Positions 10,358-25,300 of a DNA stretch of 64,000 nt are shown here, piece by piece. Numbering within the stretch: the first letter of the stretch is position 1; every line of letters begins with the position of its first letter. The stretch is from Neovahlkampfia damariscottae. Lineage: Eukaryota. The position numbers and the translations under genes are program-made. The notes below the pieces were generated by a model, which saw nothing but the letters and a program-made list of their open reading frames with translations, was not told the DNA's origin and searched no databases. The stretch covers positions 124,001 through 188,000 of the forward strand of contig JABLTG010000002.1 of NCBI GenBank assembly GCA_016618085.1, read 5' to 3'.

Positions 10358-13300
10358 TTATAATTCATTATTTTCTAAATATGTTGAACTCAAATCATAG
10401 ATTTCCTTTGCTTCTTTAAAATGCATCATTTCCATTGATTTTGACATTACAATTGACATTTGTTGAAATGAATTACCTTTTTTTGCAATCAAATATGCTT
10501 GTTTAAATTGATCACAAATTAAATATGCTTGAACTTTATTTAAATCATTTATTAATAAATAAACAAATTTCAAAGCATAATTTTTATCATCTTTTTCATT
10601 TGACACAAATGTAACAAAAGAGAATAATAAGAAATCCCATTCTTTTTCTGACAAATAAGGTTTTAAATTTTTCAAAATATCATTAATTAATCTTGAATCT
10701 CTATAATTTTGTTTCAAAAAATCTAAAGTTATTTTTGTTAAATTAAATTTTAATTCAACAATAATTCTAATGGACAAGTTCGAATTAAAATAAAACAGTT
10801 TTTCAATAATTTCTTTTTTTGATTTCAAACTTGAAAATAGATTAAATGATTCATTTTGAATTGAATTTAAATCTTTTTTAAATGATTTCAAAATTTCTAT
10901 TTGTAATTCAATTAAATTAATATATTTTTTAATTTCAACTTTTTTTAAAAAATCAGATTCTTTTTCATTTAAAGATTCTTTAAAATATTTTAAAGATAAT
11001 TGTAAATAGTTTAATTTTTTATCAAATAATTTTTCATTTTTAAATAAATGAATACAAGTTAAACTTGATCTAATGTTATCTTTCATAAATTCTTGAAATT
11101 TTAATAAAACTTTAAATTTCTTTTTTTCACTTAAATATTTACAAGAATAAATTAACCAAGGTTGAATTCTTTTAAAATTTGATTGGTCTAAATTTTCATT
11201 TAACCAATCATTTTTAAAATATGATAATAATGAATCAATTAAATTATTATTAATGCAAAATGATAATAATGAATTACAATAAAAAGATTTTGATAAATCA
11301 TGATGAATTAAAAAAGAAAAACAAATTTCAATTTTTGAATATCTCAATAAAAATTCAACATGATCTTCTTTTGTACCAAATTGTTGTAAATAATATCTAC
11401 ATTCATTAAACTTTTCTTCAGTCATATGAGTTTTTAAATTTAATTTTGTTTCATTCATTAATCTTTTTAATTCTAATAAACTTGGTGTTCCTTCTAATAC
11501 ATTTAAAATTGTATTTAATAATCTTTGTTTATTTTCATTGGGTAATGAATTACAATATTTAAATTTCTCTCTTGCTTTTTTATATTTTCCTAATTTTAAT
11601 AAACTCAATGCCCAACTTGACCAAACTGGTTCAGATTCAATTCTTGTTCTAGTTGATATTTGAATTGCTATTTTAAAATAATCTTTTTCAATTAATTGAT
11701 CTCTAATATATCTTAAATTATTTCCATTTGAAAAATCATCTAAATTTATATGAACATCACATTTCTCAATTAATATCATTTGTATTACTTCAATCATTGA
11801 TAATAAATTCTCACAAAAATTTAAATGTACTTGTCCTTCTTTAGGATCTTTACGAAAACAAAATTTAGCGAATTGAATAATTTGTTCAATTAAATTTATA
11901 TTTTCTTCTTTAATCTCTTTTGAAAATTTAAAAATTAATAAATCAATTAAAATTAATCCAATATTAGTTGTATTTTTACATAACATAAATATAGAGATTG
12001 ATAATAATACAGTTGATGATGTTCGTTTAGAAAAATTAAAATTTTGTTTAATTTTTAAATCCATTTCATAATCACCACTAAATATTATTTCTTCTTTTTT
12101 TTCTATTCTTTTTCTTTTTTCTTTTTTTTTAAAGGTACTTTTGACTGCAAATAATACTGTTCGTAAAATAGTTTCAGTATATTCATCATCATCATCATCA
12201 TCATAATCATCATCATCATCTTCTTCTTCTTGTTCTTCTTCTTGTTCATATTCTTGTTCATTTTGTTGAACATCATCATTTATAAATTCTAATGCCTTCT
12301 TTCCATAATGAATAAATAATTCTTCATTATGTAATTCAGGTAATTCATCTAATATCTTTTTAACTAAATTAATTTCTTCTAATATTATTAAATTTTCAAA
12401 TATTAAATTTGGATATCTTTTTAAATGATCAAACTTTTCACGATGAATTAAATCTAATTGGTTTAATATTTTTAAACCCAATTGATTTGATTTAAATTCA
12501 TTCAATTCAATATTATTTAAATTTAAATTTAAAATAATAAAATCATAAAAATATATTTTTTGTTTTAAATTATTTAATAATTCTAATACTCTTTGACAAA
12601 TTAAAATAGAGAATTCTTTTTCATTTTTAATTGAAATTAATAAATTTCTAATATCAATACCTTAATCAAGATTAATATAATATATTAGTTTACTATTATT
12701 TAAATTCCATTCTTTATTTAATATCAAATGTAATAAATTATCAATTTCAATTCTAAATCTTAATACTTTAATTGTATTATCATCATCATTAAAATAGTTT
12801 AATATATTTCTTGATAAATTAAATTCATTTAATTCTAATAAATTTATAATTAATTTTTCATTCAAATTATATTCTTTAAATTTCATCCAATCATTTTCAT
12901 TTAATATTTTTAATATATCTCTATATAATTCAAATTCATTTAATGTTTGTTTAATCTCTTTTGATTTTAAATAGGAATAACATCTATATATTTTAATTTA
13001 ATTTTAATTTACATTTTAAAAAGATCAATTAAATCATTAATATCATTAAATAAATATAAATTATTTAAAATGAATGAATATAATTGATTCTTATCTTTAA
13101 TTCTCTTTAATTCATGAATATTTCTTCTTTCTTTAAATAAATTTAAAATGGTTAATTCATTATTAGAAATTATTTGATTATTTGAAAATGATTGGTTAAA
13201 AGATATATTTAAATCATTATTTAATGATTTCCATTTTGATAAATGATTAAAATGTTCAAAAAATGAATTTGATTCATTATTAATTAAAATATGATTAATT

Positions 13301-15128
13301 AATGAATCCTTTTCTTTTTTTAAATATTCTATTATTTTTGAATTTGATAATAAATCATTATTTCTTTTTAAAATGAATTCAATTAAATTCATATTCAAAT
13401 AATTCAAACATAATTCATTAGATTCATCATCTATTTTAAATATTAATCAGTATATCTTACATTTTTTATTTAATAATAATATTTCAATTCTTTTTATTAG
13501 ATTTTCTTCATTTGATATTTTTGTTATAAAGTTTTGGAATGTGATTAATTTATCTTCTCTTTCTTTTTTAATTTCATTTTTTAAATTATTTTTTAAATTA
13601 TTTATAAATCTAATTAAATCCTCTTCTTGTTTTAAATCATATTTTTCTTTTAATTCATTTAATTTATTAGTATTATTATTCTTTAAACATAATTGATACA
13701 TATCCATCTCAAATGAATTTGAAAATAAATATTTTACATCATTCTAAAGATTAATACTAATGTAATACTTACATTTAAATCTGTTAAGAACTTTAATTTC
13801 CATTTCAATTCTATTAATTCATTAATAAACCAATCATCTATTTTCGAAGATTCTAAACATATATTAATAAATCTTTCAAAAGAATCAAAATGTATTAATT
13901 TTGAATTTCTTTTTATCAAATATTTTAAAGAAATGAATATATTTTGATTTAATATTATTTCATTATTCCCTTCTTCTTGATATCCATTGTTCAATATTTG
14001 ATTCAAAATATCTTTTGATATCAAATAGTCTTTAAATAATTTCTTTTCATTTTCATTTTTCAAATAGTCATTTAAAATGAATTCTTCGTCATTTATCATA
14101 TTATATTTTATTAATATTTTTAATAATGATTCATTGGTCAACTCTTTAATCATTTTCTCTTCATTTAGATTTAACTTCTCAATTAATAACTTTAAAGAAA
14201 TAAAACGTTCAAATATATTTTTTAAAATGAATTTAAACCCAATTTCATTATTCACTTCATTTATTAGATTATGAATTTCAATTTTATTTGAATCAATCAA
14301 ATCAAAATTAGAAAAGTTTAAAATATAAAATAAACATTTTAAAGTGTCAAATTGGTCAAGTTTAAATTCTTGACTTAAAAATTCTTCATCATTTAAAATG
14401 AATTCAAACAAATGTTCATTTTTATTTTTTAAAATAAAATGTTTTAATTGGTTCATAAAATTATCATCTTCTTTTTTATCAAATATATAATTAATAATAG
14501 ATTCATTATGTATATATTTTATAATATTAAAATCTATTTTTTCAAATAAATCTAAAATTTGATCAAAAATCTTCAATTCAATTTCATTTTTGATCTCCAA
14601 AAAATTGAAAATTTGAAAATTAAAATTTATAAATTCATCATCTCTTTCAATGGACTCTTTAAAGAAAATTAAATAAAAATTCAAAATTTTGATTCTTTCA
14701 TTTGACGTTAACTGTTTAAATAGAATTCTTAAAATTAAAAAACCAAAAATATTCTGATTTTGAAATAATTTTTGGATATATTTGAAATTTTCTTCACTTA
14801 TACCCATTTTAGTTATCAAATCAGCAGATAAATTTAATTTTTCTTTTTCAAGAACCATTTTTAGTTCAATAAAATCCATTTCTCGATCACTAACTAATAA
14901 ATCTTTTTCTTTCAAAGTTTCAATGTAATAAAAGAATAGATTAATTGTTGATGTTCTAATTTTTTGTTATTGATTTTTTTTTTACTCTTTCTTTAAAATT
15001 TGAGACAAAATTGTTCTTTTTTTTTCCATTTTGAAATCATTTATTACACTTCTAGATAATTCTATTTCGTTGAGAGTTAAATAGTTTCCAAATAGAATTT
15101 CTTTGCTTTCATCTGAAGTTCGAAGCAT
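10358..15128 (-). CDS. ZFYVE26: Spastizin (ZFYVE26/SPG15)-like protein, multi-exon
   Basis: N-terminal LFGNYLTLNEIELSRSVI and C-terminal VWSSWALSLLKLGKYKKAREKFKYC, ECRYYLQQFG, FQEFMKDNIRSSLTCI resemble spastizin conserved blocks; joins ORFs 13734-14915, 13447-13707, 13009-13407, 12662-12886 and 10358-12505. Confidence 0.75.
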
Positions 15129-15179
15129 AAAAATTTTGACCAATGGAACAAATCATTAATTTGATTGGACATAAGAAAA

Positions 15180-16071
15180 ATGACTCAATATACAACTGTG
15201 TTAACTGTTTTGGTTGTTTGTTTGATTTTTTCAATTGAAAGTAAAATACTGGATGAAGTGAAAATCTATTCTCCAAAGACAGAAAAATTTGTTTCAAGAC
15301 AAGAATTTTCAAAAGTAATGAGCGAAAGTCAATTGATTTTTGGAGGTGAATATCATGACCACGATGAAGGACATGAATTACAATTAGAATTAACTAAAAT
15401 GTATCATCAATTAAAAAAAAATATTACTTTATCTTTGGAAATGTTCGAAAGAGGTCAGTCTTCTTTTTTTTTTTTTGAACTTTTTAGATGTACAAAAAAT
15501 TTTAACTTTATACTTAAAAGGAGAAATGTCAGAAGCATCATTTTTGTCATTATCCAGACCTTGGCCAAATTATCCACAACATTATAAACCATTAGTTGAG
15601 TACATGAAGAAAAATAGAATGAATGTATTGGCTGCTAATATACCACGAAGATATGCATCTTTTGTTTCAAATAAAAAAGAAAATATATTATTTTCAATGC
15701 CAGAATATGAATTGAACTTTATTTCTAAACCTCCAATTTATGCTCCTATTGATGCATACTTCATTAAATTTAATAAAACTATGGGTCCAAGAGTTCCACC
15801 TGAAAGAATTTATCAAATTTATCGTGCTCAATGCATCAAAGATGATACTATGGCAATGTCAATTGTTGATGAATTTTCAACAAACAAGAATCTATTGAAT
15901 GTTATTTCATTTCAAGGTTGTTTTCATTCAGATGAATACTTAGGTTTGTTTGATAGGGTTCACAGAAAATTACCTCACATTAAGAAATTATTGATTAAAA
16001 TTGACAAAAAGAAAGAAATGGGAAATTTAAAACAATACAAAGGCTATGGAGACTTTATATTATTTGTTTGA
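15180..16071 (+). CDS. ChaN/DUF399 family (TIKI/EreA superfamily) secreted protein
   Basis: Signal peptide; GEYHD..GHELQ, LEMFER, WPNY..YKPL, AANIPR, AQCIKDDTMA, GCFHS motifs; one intron 15454-15489. Confidence 0.8.
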
Positions 16072-16189
16072 TATGTCACAAAAATAAAACATACGAGTTA
16101 TGAGTTGTGAGATTTTATTTTTGAAGTTACATTTTACCTCTCTTTTTTTTTATCCAATCGATACGATTCTTCCTAAACAGACCAATCAA

Positions 16190-17129
16190 ATGAATGGAGC
16201 CAAGAATAAAGAAGAAGTGATTTCTCAAAAAGAAGAAAAACCAAAGAGATTACCATTACCTGCTCTTCCTCAAAGACCTCAAAACCCAATGTATTTATTA
16301 CCATTTGTATTACCAAACCAACAAGGCCAGAAATTTCCACCACTTCTCGTGAAGCCAAAAGTTGAATATCCAAAAGATTCAAACATCAGCAATGGTCATA
16401 AAAGAAAAAAGAATCCTGTTAATACAAGCCAAAAGAAAAAGAAAGCAAGCAGAAAAGATAAAGGCAGGATTGTTTTTTTTCTAAATTTTTAGGATTAAGA
16501 TTTTATAGTCAAAAAGTTTGTGAAAAAGTGCAACAATGTGGCGTTACTAGCTATAGTGAAGTTGCGAACGACCTGGTTGAAGAGTCTAAATTAGAAAACG
16601 AAGAAGAACATGACGAAAAGAACATTAGAAGAAGAATTTATGACGCTTTGAATGTCTTAATGGCATTAGATATCATAAAGAAGGACCAAAAAAAAATCAT
16701 TTGGATTGGAGTACCAACAAATTCACAATTGCCTCCTGACTCTGAAAATTTGTATAATCAAAAAAAAATTTTGAAAGAAAGCATTCAAAAAAAAAGAGAA
16801 TATTTAGAATCTCTTCGAGGAGAAGAAAAAATATTAGACAAATTTCAGAAAAGAAACGAATCGTTTTTTTATAAGAACTGTCCACAAGAATCAAAATTGA
16901 AAGTCCCTTTTCTTATTGTCAATACAGATAAGGAAACAAAGATTGATTGTGAAATGAATCCTGAAGAGTAATTTTAATCTTTACTAATTTTGTTGTTTTG
17001 ATTAGGACTTCGGTATACATGAAATTTTCATCATCGTTTCAGCTTCATGATTATCAAGAGATTCTCAAAAAAATTGATGAAGAAATCTCAGTTGATGGTG
17101 AATCAAATTTAGATAGTCAATCATTATAA
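16190..17129 (+). CDS. TFDP: DP transcription factor (E2F dimerization partner)
   Basis: KGLRFYSQKVCEKV, TSYSEVANDLV, DEKNIRRRIYDALNVLMALDII; the first intron is GC-AG (16464-16492). Confidence 0.92.
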
Positions 17130-17161
17130 ATTGTTTTTTTTTGTAATTTTTGTCCAATGAA

Positions 17162-18413
17162 ATGATTTCAAATTACTTGAACATCGTACATACAAAAAAT
17201 TGTGTCGATAAAACTGATTGCTCTATTGAGTCAAACGACCTTGAAACTTTGAATTCGAATTTAATGAATAGAATTGAAGAGTTATATCATCTCGGAAAAG
17301 GTTTTTATTTATTTTAAAATAAATTTAGACAAAACATGGTTTGAAAGAATTTCTAACATATTCCAGGGTTCAAAATTATATAGTTTCATTATCCAGAGAT
17401 GTGAAAGGAGATTTTAGTGTAATTTTGAGAGATTTATTTTTTCGCACTCAAAGTGATTCAACAGAACTTCTCGAAATTCTTTTCAGTTCGTACGAAAATG
17501 AAACTTCATTTTTGGATTATATAAATCCAAAAAATGAAAAGGATATTTTACGAACATTTGAATTCTTGATCCAACAGGAAAGAACGAATTTGAATGATTT
17601 ATTGAATTATGCCCAAATTGATTTTTATTCAATTTTAGAAAAATTATTAAATGAAAATGATAGTAACATCAAATATTCTATTAAATATATCAGATTGTAT
17701 CATGGGTCTAAATTTGATATTCAAGTTATCCATTAGATCAGAAGAGATGTGCATTGAAAATTTATTAATTTTCGAAAAATTTTTGAATGAAGAATTGACA
17801 GAATCTTTTAGTTTGAATTGTTTATTTGAATTATGTTATATTAGACCTATAATTCAAAATTCAAAATTATCAAATGATGATGTGGTGATTGATATTTTAA
17901 TCAAAAAAATGAATTCAAAAAACCTAGACATTCAATTTATTTCCATTTTTGTTTGAATTAAATCATTGAATTTTTTTCAAGGGAATGTGCAGATTATTAA
18001 AAAATGATTTATTAGATCAAAGTATTGAAATTGAATCCATTGTAAAATTATTAAATCTATTTCATAACATTTTATAGATTGATATATTATCTAACAAATA
18101 TATATCATCTGAAAATGAAAAGATATTAAAATTAATTTTTCATTTTTTTGATATTGTAAATTGATAATTATTTAAATCAATTTAATAGTATACAATGGAA
18201 ATGAATATCTTGAATTCAATTATATTCATTCTATTCAAACAAGATAAAAATAAAGAAAGAAAATCACAAATATTATTCTTATTATCTTTTGTTAAAGAAA
18301 ATAATATTTTAGAATTATTGAATCACATCATTGAAAATGTTCAATTTAATTTTTCAAAAGAAATTTCATTAGATGATGCTAAACAAATTTTATATGGAAA
18401 TAAAGAAATTTGA
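17162..18413 (+). CDS. Hypothetical helical-repeat protein, multi-exon
   Basis: Successive exon-like ORFs with short introns; CCAAT just upstream of the ATG; a frame change near 17730 is unresolved. Confidence 0.45.
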
Positions 18414-18415
18414 AT

Positions 18416-19342
18416 TTATTTTTTATTCTTTTTTTGTAATAATTCTTTTACTTGTAAAAATAAAAGATAACACCAATAATAATTGACCAATACATGAATA
18501 ATTCCACAAAATGTTCCAATTCCTTTTGCATTCATTAAAGAAACTATTTGATATTAAATAATTAAAATTATACTAGTTTGCGTTGTTTTAATCAAATAAT
18601 AACCTGTAAATGTATTTAAAACAGCTCTTGATCCCAAAAAGGTAATAAGTAAAAAGAATTGATTGACTTTTGAGAAAATATTATTAATTTTCAACTTCAT
18701 CATAAACCAGCTACCATGAAGAAATGGTTGACTATTTATATTAATGAATATTAATCAAACCTAATTTCATTGGTCATGAATAATAAAATGTAATAATATC
18801 CTAATGAAAAGAACATTGCATTAAAGAAACAAATAATAATATTAATATGATGTATCATTAAAGGTGGAAATATACCCTTCATTGTAAATCCATAGGCTTT
18901 TATCTATTTTTATTTTTAATAATCTTTTATTTTACAGAAACATAAATATCCTAGTTTCGTTTTTTATTTTCGAATTGATCTTACATAAAACATATAACCT
19001 GTAGTTACTGCTAAAAAGAACTGTGCCAAATCTGAATAACCACAAATATTATCTGAATATATTCTTTCATCAAATAAACAATAAATAGAACCAATAGTAG
19101 TAAATAAACCATGAAGTAAAGATACTACTTTTACATTCCATTTTTCTATTTCTTGTTTTTCTTTAATATTTTTATAAGTATTTGAAATGAAAGGTGATAT
19201 TATTTTTGATAAGTAAAATAAAACAAAGCAACTAATAGAATTAATAATTTGTATGGAACCTCATCAAACCAAGTGTCAAACCAATGTAAGGAAAGCTATG
19301 ATATTCACATATTGAGTAATTGATTTCAATGAATTCTTCCAT
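18416..19342 (-). CDS. TLC-domain membrane protein (TLCD4/TMEM56-like)
   Basis: Spliced WNVKVVSLLHG, GYMFY/DI, LMIHHI, NEIS/QPFLH motifs; several 22-35-nt introns and a 15-nt exon. Absent from the ORF track. Confidence 0.8.
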
Positions 19343-19385
19343 GACAAGTTTATCAGAGAATGAAAAACGAAATGAATTTGATTGG

Positions 19386-20643
19386 ATGGAAAAGACTATT
19401 CTTATTGATTCAAAAGAGAAGGAGGAGACAAGTCTGAGAATAGAAGAAGGAAGTTCAAAAGATTATTATTCAAAAGAAAATTATGGATTTTTCATTCAAA
19501 ATCCTGACAATATCGACGACGAAGAATATAAAAAAGAGTATAAAAGGTTTAAAATAGTTTTTGATGACAAAGTAAATAAACAAACGTAAATAAGAAGATA
19601 ATTTAAATTATATTTTAGTAAGAGATGGATGATAAAAGAGAAAAAAGGTTTTGAAGAACATTTAAGAAATGACACGGATTTTAAAAAATTGACAAGAAAA
19701 GGTATACCACCTGTTTAGTAAAAATAATATTTTAAATTAAAATGAAAAGTAGAGGTGAAGTTTGGTTTTTATTGAGTGGAGGTAAAAAGAGAATGAAAAA
19801 GAATATTGGTCTTTATCAAAAGTTATTGAAAGATAATCAAAATATTGAAACTGAATCAACTGATATTATTAATAAGGATTTAGATAGAACATTTCCTGAA
19901 CATCCAGATTTTAATTCAAAATCACTACAACCTTTGAAAAGAGTTTTATATGCCTACTCATTTTATAATAAAAAAATAGGTAAGTAATTCATTATTCTCA
20001 TTTTTGAATAGGATATTGTCAATGTTTTAATTTTATTGTTGGTTCATTATTATTAAATATGGAAGAAGAAGAAACATTTTGGACTTTTGTTTGTATTTTA
20101 GAAGATTATTTACCACCTGATTTTGTAAATATATTTTTATATTTCTTTTAATTAAAAGTATGATGATAATTTATCTGGAGTCAAAGTTGAATTATATGTT
20201 TTAGAATCTATTTTGATTGAAAAAAATAAAAAATTAATGGAAATATTAAAAAAACATAATTTAGAATTACCAATATTAACACAATCATGGTTTATGTCAT
20301 TATTTGTTGGAATATTACCAATTGAAACAACATTTAGAATTTGGGATTCATTCTTTTTTGAAGTAATATAATATGATCATATTTAAAAAAAAAGGGATAT
20401 AAAATATTATATAGAATATCAATTACATTATTTTCAACATTTGAAAAAGAATTATTAAATTCAAAAGATATAGGAGATATTATGATGACTATTAAAAATG
20501 GAACATCTCATTTTTTTGATTGTAGAATGTTAATGAAGAATTCATTTAATATTAAAAGATTTAGTAAAATTAAAATTAAAAATCATAGATTATCATTTAG
20601 AGATAGAAATGAATTAATAATAAATGAAGAAAAGAAAAAATAA
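19386..20643 (+). CDS. TBC-domain Rab GAP
   Basis: [51 protein letters not shown] motifs; about five introns; start could be slightly upstream. Confidence 0.9.
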
Positions 20644-20709
20644 TTCATTTACTTTTATTTTTTATATCAATTGGTACAAACCTAAATATATTATGTTTAA
20701 TTATATTTT

Positions 20710-21157
20710 TTAATACCAATAGTCTTCATTTTTCATTATCTCTTCTGTCATTTTATTGATTCTATTTGCTTTGTTTCCATAGGCTAAATCAGCTTGATAT
20801 CCAATTAATGCTCCTCTTTAAAAAAAAATGATTGAAATTAAAATGATTACCCTAATATCATAGGAACGATGACTATTGGTGGTACAGGTTGTTTCTTTAA
20901 TACTCTAATAGTCAAACCACAAGTAAATAATCCATATACTCCACCCATCCAATTTAATCTTTCTTTTGTCATTGCTATTGCCATAGACATTTGTAATCTT
21001 CTCATTCTTTCTTGACCTCTAACCTAAAATTTATTAATTTTAGAATTTTAAAAAAACAAACCATTTGGTCCCACATTTTTCCTAATTGTTCTTCTTGCAT
21101 TTCTCTCATGACTATTTTTTGGTTTTCCGCCATTGATTGTGCTATTGAATTGCCCAT
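20710..21157 (-). CDS. PLGRKT: Plasminogen receptor (KT)-like membrane protein
   Basis: MG start, QERMRRLQMSMAIAMTKERLNW and GYQADLAYGNKANRI motifs; two introns. Not in the ORF track. Confidence 0.8.
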
Positions 21158-21411
21158 GGTGTTGATCGTTTAGTTGTTTTGTTGAAGTGTGATTGGTGAT
21201 TTTATAACAAATCATCATGTGCGATTAGAAGAATTTTAGAACCTCCAAATTCATTGAGAGAACAAAATTACTCTTTTTTCAAAGGTTCAAATGATGTTTT
21301 CTTGACATTTTCAGTGATTTCAAGACACATCTTGTTTTATTTTCTAAATAATAAGTAAACACAATTTCATTGGTCAGTTATTTTTAACAAAACTTCCGTG
21401 CAAAGAAAAAA

Positions 21412-22332
21412 ATGAGTAGCATTGGAACTGGTGTAAGAATTGTGATTCATTTAATATTAGTATGACTTATCTTGTACAACTTATTCACCTGACGGTCGTT
21501 TATACCAAGTAGAATATGCTGGAAAAGCTGTTAGTAATAGTGGCACAGCAATTGGAATCTGTTGTAAAGATGGTGTTGTTTTAGGAGTTGAAAAAATCAT
21601 TGAATATAAAATGTTAGAACAAGAATCCAACAGAAGAATTTTTAATGTTGACAAACACGTTGGAATGGTATTTTTTTTATTTTTTTTTTTCTAATTTTGA
21701 AAGGCTGTTGCTGGATATAACCCTGATTGTAGACAAATTGTCAATAAAGCAAGATCAGAATCAGTTCAATATCAACAATTTTATGGTTCAAAAATTCCAG
21801 GACAATTACTTTGCGATAGAATTTCTTCTCACGTTCATTTATACACTTTATATTGGCATTTAAGACCATTTGGTTCTTCAGTTCTTTTGGCTACTTATGA
21901 CAATAAAGGACCAGGTCTTTACATGATTGAACCTTCTGGAACTTCATGGGTAAGTTGTTTTATTTGAATTAAAAAAAAATGAAAAAGGGTTATCATGCTT
22001 GTGCTGTTGGAAAGGGAAAACAAGCAGCAAAAGCTGAATTAGAAAAACTTAAACCAGAAGAAATGACTTGTGTTGAAGCAGTAAAAGAAATTTCCAAAAT
22101 GTAAAAAAAAAAAACAAAAATGATTTACATTTTTAATAGTATATATGGAGTTTATGATAAATCAAAAGATAAAGATTTTCATTTAGAATTAAGTTGGGTT
22201 TGTGATGCTTCAAAAAAAGTTCATGAAATGGTACCAGAAGATATTAGAGAACAAGCAATAAAAGAAGCAAAAGACTCTTTAATTGAAGAAGATGAAGATG
22301 AAGAAGATGTTGATTTATCAGATCGTTTATAA
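21412..22332 (+). CDS. PSMA3: 20S proteasome subunit alpha-7
   Basis: [48 protein letters not shown]; four introns. Confidence 0.95.
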
Positions 22333-22383
22333 AACAAATAAATTTTATTTTTTCAATTTGATCCAATCAAATCCATTCTATTC

Positions 22384-25300
22384 ATGTTAAGAGTAAATAG
22401 TTTGAAAGTGAAGTATGTGTTAAAAAGACAAAAAACAATAAAATGGGGTTTATTTTCTGATATTCATTTTCAAGATGAAGGACTTGAAAGAATAGAAGAA
22501 ACAGCACAATGGATACTTGAAACCTTTAAAAAGAAACAAGTTACTCATATAATTTGTTTAGGAGATGTTTTAAATACAAGAGAAATGGTATCTGTTCAAG
22601 CTTTATCAAGTTGTATGAATTTTTTTAATCAATTATCAAAAATAAGTTCAGTTAGTGTAATATTAGGCAATCATGATATGAACTTAAAATTATCAGGTAG
22701 AATATCATCATTAGATGGATTAGAATTAAATAATAATATTAATTTATATAAAGAAATGAAAGAAATTAAAATTGAAAATATACCAGTTTGTATGATACCA
22801 TATCAATTTAATCAAAATAATATAAAAGAATGGATAAAAGAAAATAAAATAAAAAAAGAAAAATATATTTCATTTTGTCATATGTCAATACCAAATTCAA
22901 TTTATAAATATCAAAAAGATAATAAAAGAAAATATTTAAAAAAATTTGAAAGTGATGAAAATTTAAATTATTTATCAATATTTAAAAGAGTATTCTCTGG
23001 TCATTTTCATCATCATCATTATGTTAATCATTCAAATACAATATGTTATGTTGGATCACCAATGCAACATCATTTTGGTGATTCAGGTGATGATAAAAGA
23101 GGTTGTTTAATATTTAATCCAATAGAAAATGAGATTGAATTTATACAAAATCCAAATTGGGATATATTTAGAATATTAAGAATTAATTCAAATTCTGATA
23201 TTTTAAATTTAAAAGAAATGAAAAATAAAAAAGTATCAATTATTTATGAAAATGATGAAATTGAAAAAGATAAAATTCAAAATGAAATATTATCATTGGG
23301 TGCAACATCTGTTAGAAAACATTCAATAAATTATCAAATAAAAAGTAATACAATAGAAATATTACCTGGAAATGATTTTAATGAATTAATTAAACTTTAT
23401 TTAAATATTTCAAAAGATTTTAATAATGAAAATGAAAAAGAGATTTATTTTAATATTGGATTAAATTTATTTGAAAAATCAAATATTTTTAAAAAAGATA
23501 ATTTGAATACATTTGATGGAAATATTAAATCTATTTCAATTCAAAACTTTTTAGGAATTCAAAATGAAATTAAATTTAATTTTAATGAAATGAATAATGG
23601 TATTTGGTTTATAACTGGTAATAATGGTACTGGTAAAAGTACAATATTAGAAGCTATTATTTGGTGTTTATTTGATAAATTTTTAAGATCTGATATGAGA
23701 GTAGGATTCTCTGTAAATGATAAAATAAAAAAGAATTGTAAAGTTAGAATTGAATTTGAAAATGATTATGGTTAGTAGTAGTAGTAGTATTGTTTCTAAA
23801 ACCTAAATTAGTAATCGAAAGAAGAAGAAATTTTGAAAAAACTAATTCATTAAAAATATATTATAAAAATGAATATTTAGATAAATTTGAAAAAGGAAAT
23901 ATGAGAGATAGTCAAAAAATGTTAGAAGAAGAATTAATTGGAATAAATTATGAAACATTTATTAAATCTATTATTTGTGATAATAATATTAGATTTTTAA
24001 TTTCAGATTCAAATTCAAGAAGAAAAATGATTGAAGAATTATTAGGTTTACAAAAATTTGATATTTTACTTGATGTTACAAAAATAGAATTAAAAAATTT
24101 AAACGAAAATAAAATTAAATTAAAATTTAAAATTGAATCATTACAAAATGAATTAATTAATTTAAAAAATGAAAAAATTGATTTTGAAAAAGATGAAAAA
24201 GAAGAATTAGATGAAATATTTTATAAAAATGAAGTAGTTAATTTAGAATTAAAATTAAATGAAATTAAAAATTTGAAAATGGAAATGGAAGAGAAACAAA
24301 TAAAAATGAAACAATTATCAAATTTAAAGTTAAAATTAAAATTAATAAATGAAAAGAATTTAAATTTAAAATTAAAAGAAATTCAAAATAAAATTAATAA
24401 TTTTGAAATAAAAAGGAAAGAAATGTATTCAAAAATGGAGAATAAATTGACCAATCATCAAATTTTAAAAAATGAAAAAATAATAATTTTAAAAGAAATA
24501 ATTAATCATAATATTAAAGAATGTTTAATTTGTAATGAAGAAATAAAAAATATAAATAAATTAAAAGATGAATTATTATATTTAAATAAATCATTAAATG
24601 ATGGTAAAGAGAATGAAAAAGAAGAAATTGAATTAAATTTATTTCATTTTAAAAAAGAATTTGAAAGAATACAAATAGAAATTAAAAATGATTTAAAAGA
24701 GAAAGAAGAATTAAATAAATTAATAAATGAATTAAATATTGAAGAAGATATTAATTCAAATAATAGATTACATGAAATACATTCAATTGAAATTAATTTA
24801 AATTCCAAATTATTAAATTTAAAATTTAAAAAAGAAAGGATTGAATTAAAAAATAAAAGATATAATGAAATATTAAATAGAATTAAATTTAATGAATTAA
24901 ATAAAATTAAAAATGAAAATGAATTAAATAAAATTAAAAATGAAATTAAAATATATGAATTTTGGTTAAATTCATTTCAAAAGAAAACAAATAATTCATT
25001 TCCAACTTTAAGATCATTTTTATTAGAAAAATCAATTATTGAATTAAATAAATTATTAAATGAATATTCTGATTTTTTATCATATTCAAAACAAAAGAAT
25101 ATATCATTTGATAAAGAATTAAATATTGAACAAAATGATTATGGTAAAAGATCATCAGGACAAAGAAAGAGAAATGATTTAATTATTTTATTTTCATTAT
25201 TTGATCTTGTTAAACAAAGAGGAAAATTTAAATCTAATTTTTTAATGTTAGATGAAGTATTTGATGCATTAGATTTGGATGGTAAAAATCAAATTCATGA

